Source: Botryllus schlosseri | Lineage: Eukaryota | DNA: 64,000 nt | Assembly: GCA_051294905.1 (NCBI GenBank) | Contig: CM119371.1 | Span: 11,968,001-12,032,000 of the forward strand | Reading direction: 5' to 3' | In this document: positions 51,999 to 63,356 of the stretch, one piece after another | Layout of the letters: every line of letters begins with the position of its first letter | Numbering within the stretch: position 1 is the stretch's first letter | Position numbers and translations under genes: made by a program | The notes under the pieces: generated by a model | What the model saw: only the letters and a program-made list of their open reading frames with translations | What the model was told of the DNA's origin: nothing | The model's database searches: none

Positions 51999-53487
51999 CA
52001 AGGCTCGGCAACCTACGGCCCGCCACGCGATATCGTCCGGCCCGCGACGAAATAATTAGTTACCACAAGAATACGGCCCGCCGTTTCGTAATGAGATCCA
52101 ATCTGCAGTGCAGCACTGCAGCACTGCTTGGTAAGAATGCGGCATTGCTACGATGTAAGTATCCTACGTCGTATTGGTCTATTGTTACGCCATAAAACTG
52201 ATGCGAAGGCTGTTGATTAGTAGCCTATCTCGTACTAAAAGTAGGAGATGGAGAATGTATGTAGAGTGGACTAGACCAGTGCTTATTAAGTGTGTGTATC
52301 GCGCAACCATAGGTATACCATACTTTTTAAGGGGTTGCCACTCTGATAGGGTGCGACATAAAAGGTGCGGTTCCTCTGCTTCAAAAACGCTTGGAACATC
52401 TCAGACGCAATGACAAAATCTCAAACACATCGGACACATTGGGGAAAGCTGGTTTTGTCTCACGAACTTGATCACCGACAGTTAGCCTACCCCATATATT
52501 ACTAGAAGCAGAGAATCAATATGGCGATGTCCAGTATATATGCCACGTTCGCACATTAAGTCGAGCCGCTATCCTTGCACGAGTGTATGAACTGAGAAAC
52601 GAAATAGCAACTTTCCTTGAAAATACAAACATCGTCGACTCATAATCTTGTCACCGAAAATGGCTATCTAATCGAACAAATCGAATTTGCAACTTCATGA
52701 GGAAATAACTGAATACATGAGATGTTGTGGCGCATTCGAAACAAAACTGCGACCCTGGAAATGTCAACAGTAAAAAGAAAATTATGCTCACTTTCCTATA
52801 CTGGTGGAGAGTAAACTCTAGTACCAAGTACCAGCTATATACCTTTGTAACTGTGATGCGAATTTTAATTACTGAATTTCCACCCGCTTCTCTGACATTC
52901 GTTCTGTACAAAATAAATTCTGACTACTCAGTACTCGGTTTAATGTGAGCGCCAATACCGTTGCCTGAAAATTTCAAATGGGCCCTTTTGTAATGCGATG
53001 CAGTTGAATTGAAAGACAAATTTCATACAAACAGCATATCGCTGCATAACTTTGACAAAGAGTACGTTCTTGAAACGGGTCTTTATCCCAGCTTGACCAA
53101 CAATGCAAAAGAAATGGCATCGACTTTTGATAGCATGTACGCATGTGAAAAATAGTTTAAAACAATGGAATTCACTAAGAGCAAGCTAAGATCACGTATT
53201 CTAATGCCCATTTAGAATTGGTTTGATTGTTGCTTCATCTGACTTGTTATTAGAAGTTGAAATTCTTTCACAAAGCATGCTGCGCCAAGTGTCACATTTA
53301 TGCTGCGTTGTTGAAGTGTAAATACATGTGTTTTGCCCTTTTTGTGATTTGTATGATTGAGATTGCAGCAATGTAGGGTACTAAACCGACATGAGCGTTA
53401 AATATAGTATCAAGAAAAATTCCGGCCCGCCAAAAAGTTGTGCACTCGGAATTTGGCCCGCGACTAGCAAAAGGTTGCCGACCCCTG
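51999..53487 (+). mobile_element. hAT (SPIN/GTF2IRD2-like) decayed element nested in 51268-58079
   Basis: CAAGGCTCGGCAACC / GGTTGCCGACCCCTG; perfect TSD GCCTATGG; remnants LARVYELRNEIATFL and STFDSMYACEK*FKTMEFTKSKLRSRI. Confidence 0.88.
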
Positions 53488-55065
53488 GCCTATGGCATAG
53501 AGCAGTGGTTCTTAACCTTGCCTCCAGCGCCCCCAAGGGGCGATTTGGATTTTGAAGGGGACGGAACGCTCAGGGGACGATACGGGTGGCGCTGGGCTCA
53601 GGGAGTCGGTATGTGAGGGTTGAAGCATAATAGCATCGCAGTATGTGGTGTAGTATAGTAAGACATATCATTAATGGTTTTTCAGAGCAAATTGAGATTC
53701 CACAAAACATGTCAAATCTCTGAATTTTTCGGCGATGTTTGCTACATATGTTCTCTCAAAATTTACACATCAATTTTTGACGATCTCTACAAGTATTTCC
53801 TTATTTCTCGCGCTGCGCGCGAATTATCGTTGCAAAATTTTGAATTATTGGTACCCATCCCCCACGAAAAAATACGCAATATTTATCGAAAATAGAAATG
53901 AGCATTTAGGCGTCGGCCATTACCACGCCATAATGGACGAAGACATGTGAAGTTTCGGCCAATATGGGACTCCGAGAGGTGTGCCAAAACATCGTCAGCG
54001 ACAAAACATTTGCGGGAAAGAATTGCCCTCATGTTGACGGTAAATTTCGATATAAATATGTCTAATTGTCCATAGGTGTTTAAATGACTCGTGCCGGATT
54101 ATCATGCCGTGACAATCTGAACCCCACAGGACAAATAATATCCATCACAGAAAAATTATTTGCCATTGAAGTAATACCAATTTCGAATCGTGTGCTTATA
54201 TTTTAGTTTAGTACGTTTATGCGATTTCAATATCTTTTGACTATATAGCCAGCGGATAGGAGGTCACAAAATAACAACATGCAACGAAGTAATTGTACCA
54301 ACGGACCCGTCCGAATATGTTTAATTATTAATTACGTGCCCAACATTTTTCAACACAACAGATCATTCAACGCTACCGGTGAATCTTATTACGTCGGCTG
54401 AAAGGATAAAAAATCATAGCGGTAATTACAAATATTCTTGACCGATTTACTCATCCATTATAAAAAAAAACTTTCGCGTCTATTTGACGACCATGCCACA
54501 TAAAACTTTGCTCAATATCGAAATCACGTGACGCGGGTGGCTTGGGGGAAAGCCCCACATAGGTTTGCTTTATCGCCCTATCGGGGCCCAGGAGGCAGAC
54601 GAAGTGCTGCTACGACGCGTCCTCTTAACCATTGTTTTTATTACAGTCTTTAAAATATGGGGTGAAGGAGGCGCTGGAGAAAAAAAAGGTCAAAAACTAC
54701 TGATTTTTGTGCATTGCGGTATTTATTAACGTCGGGTAGGAAGTACCGATTCAAGAAGTCTGAGCTATCGCGGCGGCTTCCTCAACAATCACTAAAAGAC
54801 AAATCGCTAGCTGAATACATGTTAACGGCATCCATTCCAACACTAAACGGAACCATTGGCCATTTCCGACGGTTAAATGAATAGGAGAAATATTCGATTA
54901 TGACATCACAATCTAGCGGTGCACAATATTACACTTCAGATAAACACCTATACTGACACATAAATCTGCCTTTGTGATAGCCAGCCATCGGCTCATTGTA
55001 TAATTCGGATCTGGTACACCCCATCCAAGTGGTACAGCCTTTGCAAATTCTGGTACACCCTGGAG

Positions 55066-57059
55066 CAGGGGTTCTCAACTTCTCTTGTATAACGGGCCGC
55101 ATTTTAACAGCAGAAGACGCTGCAGGCCGCAGAACAATATTAACATGTATTTGTGGCAGTGTTGGATGACTCGAGAACTTTTCCATATGACTTGACTTGA
55201 CTCGAGTCACTTTGTAAAAATGACTTGACTTGACTTGACTCGGCGCTTCAGAAATGTCGATTGACTCGTGACTCGGAGCAAAATTTACGAGTCAATTTCA
55301 AGTCATCAATAATTAAATGATGTCGACTAATCACTGTATCATTAGTGTATTCGGATAAGTCGCGATACGCCAGTGACACTCGTGAGAGCAACCAGATTTT
55401 CCCTTATTGTACGCAAATAAATTGGACGCAAACGAAATGAGCACAGCTACGTTGCTGTGGTAGTAGTAGGTTAATCGAATAGTTATGTTCCTTAGATGGC
55501 GCAGTGTTTACATTGCGCAATGCTCACCTTTACCGACCTTCTTGCATCATTTAAATCGAATGAATATAGTTTATGCGTTTATATTCTCACGGTTGTGTAG
55601 ATAGCTAGTGTATTCTACCATATCAATCCGTTTAAATGTTTCGAGGCTTCGCAATTGGTCCTCTATTTTTTGCTGATAATAACAGACCGTAGCAGGTAAC
55701 TATACAGTTACTCGCGTACTGTATTTGTAGTTCTACGTGTCCGTGTGCGACGAAACGCCTTTGGGCATGTATATTTAACTTTATATTCTTTATTTGATTC
55801 AAGATAAAGGCTAATTAATCCGTCTTTCACACAGCTTTCAATATTGTTATGACTTTGAATCATCACTCATGCTTCGAAAATTAAATTTGACTTGAATTGT
55901 GACTTGACTCGTGACTTGACTTGACTTGACTCGACTTGACTCGAGTCGCCTCCCAAAATCGAGTGACTTGATTTGACTCGAGTCACCTTCGAAAATCGAT
56001 TGACTTGACTCGAGTCAAAATCTGCAATGACTCGAGATGACTCGTGACTCGAAGGTAGTGACGTGATCCCAGCACTGATTTGTGGGCGAATGTTGAATTT
56101 AGGCTACTGTAGCCTATTTACCAGTCGTATACGGGCATTTAGTACGTTTTTATGCATTATGATGGACAGCGTTTGTAGGTTTGCAGCTGCTGCTTGTTGT
56201 GAGACGATGTATCTTCTAGCGGCAAAAGTAAATCCCTTCATTGAACGTGCATTGCATTCGTTGCTATGTCGGTATTTGCAACTTCAAACCATTCCACCAG
56301 AGAACCGAACTCTCTGTTTCAATGCGTGAGCGAGCAAGTATAAATGTACGGTAACTTTTGCGTTACGGAGGCCATTAGCACATTGAGCTGTGAGAGATAT
56401 GAGATGAAGTCTGGTGTTCCGGGCTATTTCCGAGCAAACTAATCAACTATTCTCCTTTCCTCCAATGCCTGGGCACTGCAGCAATAGCTACAGAAGTCAG
56501 CTCTGCCTAGTTGATATTTTTCGCTGGTCCCATCCCCACGTTTGCCCAGCCAGCATTTCCTCTACATACGTGTGCACTCTGATAAATTTCAACCAGATAA
56601 TTAGTTATGCAATGTCGGTGGACTCGACCAAGGCTGATTTAAAGTAGTCTACGCGCCAACTGTTTTAGACACACCCCTCTTTTTGATAGGGAAAATTTCT
56701 GTACCCCTTATCGTCATATCACAAGATGCAACCAGAATGCTAGCAATACCAACGGCTAGTTTGGTGGCATGAAAGGTTATGGCTGTTGATGAGAGATTTC
56801 TCAAATATGAAATTATTTTCTCTTGACCGCAGCTTCGCGCCCTTTTCAGATGCCTTCAGGCCCCACGGGGCCGCGCCCCCAGTTTAAGAACAACTGCTTT
56901 CAATAATGAGTAATGAAACGTAATAGAGACGGTGCAATAGAAGAGCCAAGTATCTAAATCAATTTGTAACAATACTGTGTCAATAGTAATTGCGTTTATA
57001 ATGAAAGATGTCGCGGGCCGCAAAATAAACGTTTGCGGGCCGCGGGTTGAGAACCCCTG
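55066..57059. mobile_element. hAT Charlie-type MITE within the nest
   Basis: CAGGGGTTCTCAAC / GTTGAGAACCCCTG; TSD CCCTGGAG / CCCTAGGG; GCGGGCCGC subterminal motifs. Confidence 0.8.
55157..56077. mobile_element. hAT-type MITE with GACTTGACTCGAGTC arrays, nested in 55066-57059
   Basis: CAGTGTTGGAT / ATCCCAGCACTG; perfect TSD ATTTGTGG. Confidence 0.88.
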
Positions 57060-57177
57060 CCCTAGGGTGTACGAAAACCCCGGTTGAAGAGCACTGTGTT
57101 ATTATATACGTGAATGCGCAGCGTGCGATAGTGTAACTTACGCGTAAGTTCGTCGAAGCGAGAAGACATGCATTATC

Positions 57178-57445
57178 TGTGGCGAGATAGCGTAGTGGTA
57201 TTATCCACTGCTACAACACTAATGGGTTGTGGGTTCGAGTCCGACCGAGGTCGAGTGCAGAATTCCTACCTAAGTGTTGGAGGTTTATCTAGGCTCCTCC
57301 TCGCCATCTCATCCGCGTAGGCGGTGTCTTACAAAAAGCGTAGTACTGGGCCGTGCTACAAGTCGGTAGGTACGGAATAAAAAAAGTAATATAGGCCTGG
57401 TGTGAATGACCATAGTAGTCGACAAATACCACAAACAACAACAAC
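57178..57445 (+). mobile_element. Full-length tRNA-derived SINE
   Basis: Pol III A-box TAGCGTAGTGG (57188) and B-box GGTTCGAGTCC (57232), non-tRNA body, (CAA)n tail; 3 other copies in the window. Confidence 0.85.
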
Positions 57446-57489
57446 TTGCATCATTGGTATTTACGCTGCACTCAACCCTAATGTGATTT

Positions 57490-57620
57490 GTGGTAATCAT
57501 GGTGTTTGTCGACTACAATGGTCATTTACACCAGGCTTATATTTCTTATCTTTGATTCCGTGACCGCCCACTTGTAACACGGCACACCTCTATAGGCTTT
57601 TGTAAGACACCGCTTACGTC
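57490..57620 (-). mobile_element. 3' half of the same SINE, inverted, tail-to-tail with 57178-57445
   Basis: Reverse complement CGTAAGCGGTGTCTTACAAAAGCC..GCCTGGTGTAAATGACCATTGTAGTCGACAAACACCA matches the SINE body. Confidence 0.78.
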
Positions 57621-58098
57621 AGGGTTCGCCAACTCAAAACGGGTCGCGGACCACTTTTCAAATTTCGTAGAGGACCCGGGCATGCATTCAATAGCGAGAT
57701 TAATCAGGCCATACAGTTGAACAACGACGCTACTCGTCACCTACTCAACCTTAATGAGTTGATATCTTGGTAAATTTGGGGTATCGGGCTTATCGAACGC
57801 CTAAGGATTGGATTGCACCGTGTGTTGGTCGATCAGTAGAAGCAGACACGGCGGCGCCTGTATGATAATGCTATTCTCAAATCCACATTGTCTTCGTCAT
57901 TATCGGCGAGAAATGGCTTTGAAGTTACATTGCGGTCGTTGAAATACATTCATTAAATACGAATAATTCATTGTATATGTGGATAAATGGGTGAATAATG
58001 TATCGATTCAGCAATCCGGCCCGCCAAGTATTTAATTTTCCTAATCCGGCCCGCCGGCTGGAGAAGTTGCCCGCCCCTGCTCTAGAGTCTATCTAGAC

Positions 58099-59342
58099 CA
58101 GGGGTTCTCAGCCCTTTCTTGGCCGTGGCCCATTTTCCGGTTTAAAATTGTGCTGTGGCCCACCTGATATCTTACAGTCATAATCCTGTTTAATGCGTGG
58201 TCATGGACAGCGCCGATATGCCTATTTCTCTAAAATATGTGCATTTTTCTCTAACTGATGATAGTTAAATCTCGATCTCCCGGGATATGAAATCGCGCAA
58301 CGCGCGAAAAAAAATTTCAAGTTGAATAAATATCCTCCAATAAACGACCAACGAAATAATCTTGCGCCCCTTCGAGCTCCCCCAATTGGGGGTGTGGGTG
58401 CGGCAGTTATGGCCCTGGTAGATCATATGCTAAAACTCTTTAAGTAGATTATTTTCGTCCGTTGCTCCATTCTCTTCGCGAGACACAACGATGAGATCCC
58501 CGCACTGTGCGATTAGGACTTGAGTGATTCTATTGTGGGGAATACTACAATCATTCTGGGCCAGCATCGAACAATTCATTGGTGAATGGGGTACTATACA
58601 GAGAAGTGGAGAAAGATTTTTCAATATGCATGATGTAGGCTACTTTGTATGTCTTGTACCAAAACAACTGAAGTTGCGATGTCAGAATATTCAATCCAAT
58701 GATACAATCAATTCCTGTGACTCTTTCATTATGTACAATGATTTCCAGGCCGGACATTTTAAACCGACTTCCATGATTAATGCGCTCCGTTAAATCCTCA
58801 ATCCATTAAGATTCGTTGCGGTGGTGCAGTATACCTCCGCCAGAAGTTGCTAATAATTTGCAATCATGGCTATTTTTAGCTTGCAATAATACGGCCTGCC
58901 GAAGTACAGTAAATCTGTACATCAATTGCACTTCATTGCGATTTCATTGCATACCCCTTTCAACGGCAAACGACATATGACCCTGCTGGAATACTTGGTT
59001 ACTTCAGCATTATCTTCCAGTTAGGCCTATTATATGCTTGAATTTTTTTTAGTTGCTGTTAGCTGTAGGTTGTCATAGCCAGTAGAAAAAGCCACCGTTT
59101 CTCCTTAACGTTTTCGATTTGTACACTGACTTCATACGTGCCACTACGTCTAATCAGAGTCGGATGAAAAGCTTTATGTAGCCTACGTATAATTAGATAA
59201 TACGAATGTAGTTTTAGCGAATAACATAAGAAATATAACTGAACTTACATTAATTCTGAAATTTTCTAAATAGCTCTGTGGCCCACCTCAAAATGCTCTG
59301 TGGCCCACCAGTGGGCCATGGCCCACCCTTTGAGAACCCCTG
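58099..59342. mobile_element. hAT Charlie-type non-autonomous element (paralogue of 37336-38412)
   Basis: CAGGGGTTCTCA / TGAGAACCCCTG; perfect TSD ATCTAGAC. Confidence 0.92.
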
Positions 59343-59350
59343 ATCTAGAC

Positions 59351-60194
59351 CATTGGTTCTTAACCTTTTTCTTGTTGTTACCCCCAAGACGGAAATGATG
59401 GGATGCAATTACCCCTTTTCAAAAAGGAACAAGGTACAGCTTGCACTCAAATAAATGTAAAACAGCACCAATATGACGTGATAATGTACACTGAAATGCC
59501 TGTTAAAAATATCAAGTCAATGGGAAGGCTGATGCTGTATTCGTGTTATCCAGTGGTCAAATCTAGACAAAGGTGAGGTGAATAAACATAATCTCTCATG
59601 CATAATTGTCAATCGCAAACTTATTTCGTTTTGATAGATACCATTGTAAGAAATCCTACTGCATTGCAATATGTTGAAGGAAATTCAATCAGAAAGTCCA
59701 ATGCCATGATGACAAAGATTGGTTATTCATTTGGAAAACGAAATAAAAGGTTCCAAATATCTTCCCATCGTTTCTGCGAGGGCAATTTGATGATTTCAGA
59801 CTTAATTTTACTGACTAGACCACATCACCACTACACTTTTCAATGATAACAACTATATATTTCTAGTATATTCTTACTGCCGCTTGTTGTCTTTCAAATT
59901 GTCAGTATGCGCAACAATATGATCCGCACTACTGCAAATTAAATTGGACTTACCTAGCACTATACTAAACTACAATCGGCCCTGTTATTCATAATCACTA
60001 ATGGTCACTATATCACAGCAAGCATGGTGTGTTAAGTGAAACAAGATATCTGCAAGCTCACAAAAATATATGTTAGCCTACATTCCTATTGTGCAGCGTA
60101 ATAGGTGTATAAAAAAAACTTCATTTTGAATTACCCCCCAAATATTTGTAAATTACCCCTTTGGGGGTAATTACCCCCAGGTTAAGAACCACTG
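59351..60194. mobile_element. hAT Charlie-type MITE abutting 58099-59342
   Basis: CATTGGTTCTTAACC / GGTTAAGAACCACTG; TSD ATCTAGAC / AGCTAGAC; TTACCCC subterminal repeats. Confidence 0.88.
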
Positions 60195-60379
60195 AGCTAG
60201 ACAATTCTAGGCCCGGCACGATGTTGAAATATGAATTTGAAGTTAACCGATCATTAGATGACGTGGATTGTCGGCTGAACATGAGCGGTAATCGCAATCA
60301 TAATAAATCCTGTGTCCTGATCCCGATTTATCGCTCATGTTTAGTCGACAATCCTAGTGGTCGGTTCACTTCAAATTCA

Positions 60380-60780
60380 AAATGGTACATACGCACTGCT
60401 GGTAATCGCAATTTACGCGTAATGATACGGCAATGTCAAAGTGATAGTTGGACATCGTGTCTAACCTAACAAGATTTTCATTTACTTTTATCTCACAGTA
60501 GGCTATATAGAATCAGGTGAGTATATTAAAACCAGAGTGGTCATAGGGAAACTGTTCTGGGTGACGTTAAATTAACTTTGAAAATGGTACATATGCGCGG
60601 CTGGTAATCGCAATATACGCGTATTGATAGGCCAATTTCAAAGTGATAGTTGGACATCGTGTCGGACCTAGAAAGATTTAAATTTACTTTTATCTCACAG
60701 TATGGAATCAGATGAGTGTATTAAAATCAGAGTGTTCCTCGGGAAACAGTCCTGGATGATATTAGCTGAAATTTGAAAAA
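60380..60780 (-). repeat. Right arm of foldback-like structure: two ~200-bp tandem units
   Basis: GCTGGTAATCGCAAT..AAAGTGATAGTTGGACATCGTGTC at ~60398 and ~60600; inverted relative to 50860-51260. Confidence 0.85.
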
Positions 60781-61675
60781 AGGTGTTGACGCGCTAGTCC
60801 TCAGCGCAATTCATACTTGACTTTTCCGAGGTGAATGTGGTTTCTATTGACTTGAAGCGATAGACTGCTAATTTTATTAGATATAGCTTACTAGTAGAGA
60901 AACACTTATACTAGTACTTCTATTCTAGATTTCTCACATTTTCCATTGTTATGTTCATAATGGATCAATTTTTACTTCCGTTTATATGAAAATCGTGCTA
61001 CGACGATAGCAGTTTTCAATGCTTCATGTGTGAAAACCCAGATTGCAAATCACTCGGCAGATCTCGGGACTTTTACTACTGAAACGTGAGAGAAGATTCG
61101 CTTTATTTGAATTTGTCGTGTTAAAGTCGAAACTCATGTGAATAGGCTTGTTGTTGCATACCAATTGAAGTTTCCGGCACATACACTTACAAATAGAGTG
61201 TGGAAGCCCAAGTTCTTCCAGTCACAGTCCAGTCACACTGTGCAGGTGGCAACTGCGACGATATGTAATCCACCATTTCATTATTATAATCCGTTGTCGC
61301 CGTATTACACACGTATAATGTGGCTTCATCAAGTCAAGTTACTAAGTTGACATGAATATACGAAGTATTCATGTCGAAGTATTGAAACGCAAATGAATTA
61401 TTGGGGGCTGCGTCTTTTTTCAACCCGTTGCCACTTGCCAGCGAATTTAAAATCTACGCCATGCAGCTTATTAATTTTTTGATTCAACAACCGCCGGTTG
61501 GAAGCATGGACCAATTCTCATTCCTGGCTCTCGTAAAAAATCACGCTGCAGTCTAGATGGCCTCTTCAGCTCTTAATAAGGGGTTGGGTAGTCGACGTCA
61601 CTAGCGTTCGAACCTGGCTTTGAAGTAGTGGAATATCCAATAGTGTAAATCGGAGTTAAATGTATGATGTCTTAC

Positions 61676-63070
61676 CTCTATAAAGACTATTTGGTGCTTT
61701 TGAGAAGACAACGCCTGCCACGAATCTTCGCGCGACGCGCCATCGTTCTTCATGGAGATGTTCTTCATCGAAGCGACAGAATTCGTTGAACTCCATTTCC
61801 GATATAAAGATAGCTGCCAGATATTCTTGAATGCTTTGATGGCAAAAGAAGAATGTGAAATCACCTTGGATCAAATGTCTACTCAGTAGATTGTTCCCCG
61901 GAACTTTCGTCATTAAATCTTGGACTTCCTCTGCGGAAACTCTAAATCGTTCCAATTCAGTCTCTTTGAACACGACCCGTCCTTCTTTCATGCCTTGAAA
62001 TGCCAACGCCTTCAGTTTGTGGACGATCGAAAAAATTTGCTCCCGATTTCGAATGTTTTCGACGCTTCGTAGAGCTAATATGATTCGGTTGTAAAGTTCA
62101 GTTACCGTTTTGGGAGGAGGCTTGCTCGGATCCCTCCCCATCACGACTGCCGTTAGAATCAGGAAAACGGGTACTGAGACTAAATTAAGCAATCGCGGTG
62201 ACATAGTTTCAATTTTTTGCCAGAGATTCTCTCCTTCATCTTTGAGTAAAAAGGCGAACAGTCTATGCGCGTCTTCCACAGTAAGACCATTCAGCGTAAT
62301 GATGGTTTCGGGTCGCGCCATCGCTGGTAACTCCGAAACCTTGAATTCACGTGAAGCTACGTAGATCTTTACGTTACGGAGAATGTTACGGGATAGAATG
62401 TTGTACATGACTGTCCAGGGGCTTGCTTTTTCAAACTTTTTTATTTTACTAGGAGTTTTCATATAATCCCAGCTAGCTTGATCAAGCCCGTCGAAAATTA
62501 GAACTGCCTCGAATTGATGCCCATCTAGCCATTTGAATGCCTGATCCTCTTCAAATTCATTTTCGTAGACTCCACCGAATAAAAATTTTGACGGTTTAAT
62601 TTTGCTTCCCACTTCAATGTCCTTCAATTCAATAAAATGTACCATTTTTTTACCGTAATAGGACGGATCATCATTCTGCTTAATTGTTGGTAATATACCG
62701 AGAGTTTGTCTAGCTATTCTGCGTGTAAGTGTGGATTTTCCAGACCCAGCAGATGCCACAATCCCGGTTACACCAACTGCTTTTGATGAAAATAATTTTT
62801 TCTTCTTCCAAATCGATGCCACTACGTCCTCAATTTCGATGTTTTTCGCTTGAATTCTGTCTTGCCGCAGAAATCCAACTTCCTTTGTCAGCTGAGTATG
62901 GACATATCGACCTTTGTAATAATCGTTTACATCAACTTGTCGCATCTGCGGGTAAACTTCAAAGTCAGGTTGCTGAAGGTCTTCATGTCTGAAGTCATCC
63001 AAGATGTCAATGTTCGCGACATCCATAGTATTTTCGTTGCAAATTTGTATGAGGTTTCTGTCATTGATAT
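61676..63070 (-). CDS. NACHT-domain (NLR family STAND NTPase) main exon
   Basis: Uninterrupted frame: Walker A ASAGSGKS, Walker B VLIFDGLDQ, sensor-1 YVASR, VPVFL, winged-helix FFFCHQSIQEYLAA, RWRVARRFVAG. Acceptor tttttcag| at 63070, donor AGAG|gtaaga at 61676 (phase 1); first in-frame ATG at 63026. Confidence 0.95.
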
Positions 63071-63356
63071 CTGAAAAATGAGATGTCGAGAGGATATATA
63101 TGTATTATATATAAAAATTTAATATCTACAAGTCATACAAGTTCATGATTATTCACGTCCCGTACGGTAATTTACCTGCGAAATAACGCGAGTAATAAAA
63201 TTAGTTGAGACTTTGGTATAGAATTTCTATAGGTGAAATTTATAACCCTACATAAATGGAAGTGATCATCCCCGCGTAAAGAAAACCAAGTTTTTTGACA
63301 GGTGTTCATAGTTTTTACCCACTGACAAGAAACCGGCGTCCCAATTTGTTTTAACC

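Larger units (their letters stand above)
51268..58079 (+). mobile_element. hAT Charlie/Buster (ZBED5/ZBED8-like) element hosting a multi-level nest
   Basis: TIR CAGGGGCGGGCAAC / GTTGCCCGCCCCTG; perfect TSD CTCTAGAG. Transposase remnant HLKAQHP..KKRPYTGLESVV..VSLSDTTVKRRSDDISQDLLEQL (51630-51990), cut by a nested insertion. Confidence 0.9.

Noticed and set aside
57181..57250. tRNA gene
   Set aside because: A and B boxes are present, but there is no convincing cloverleaf, and the sequence continues into a repeated body with a (CAA)n tail found in several copies, so it is a SINE.
50643..60469. Paralogous small proteins sharing AGNRNLRVMIRQ (ORFs 50643-51017 and 60161-60469)
   Set aside because: The shared peptide simply reflects the inverted ~195-bp repeat unit.
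61191..61341. Alternative exon immediately after the NACHT exon (cttag|..|gtaagt)
   Set aside because: The phase-1 frame hits TGA after two codons and the peptide does not resemble the post-NACHT region; 41094-41407 fits far better.
61656..63026. Bacterial NACHT/STAND anti-phage system
   Set aside because: The ORF is bounded by spliceosomal splice sites, has no operon context and is surrounded by animal transposons.
62110..63074. Plus-strand ORFs 62110-62364, 62729-62992, 62850-63074
   Set aside because: Antisense shadows of the NACHT exon.
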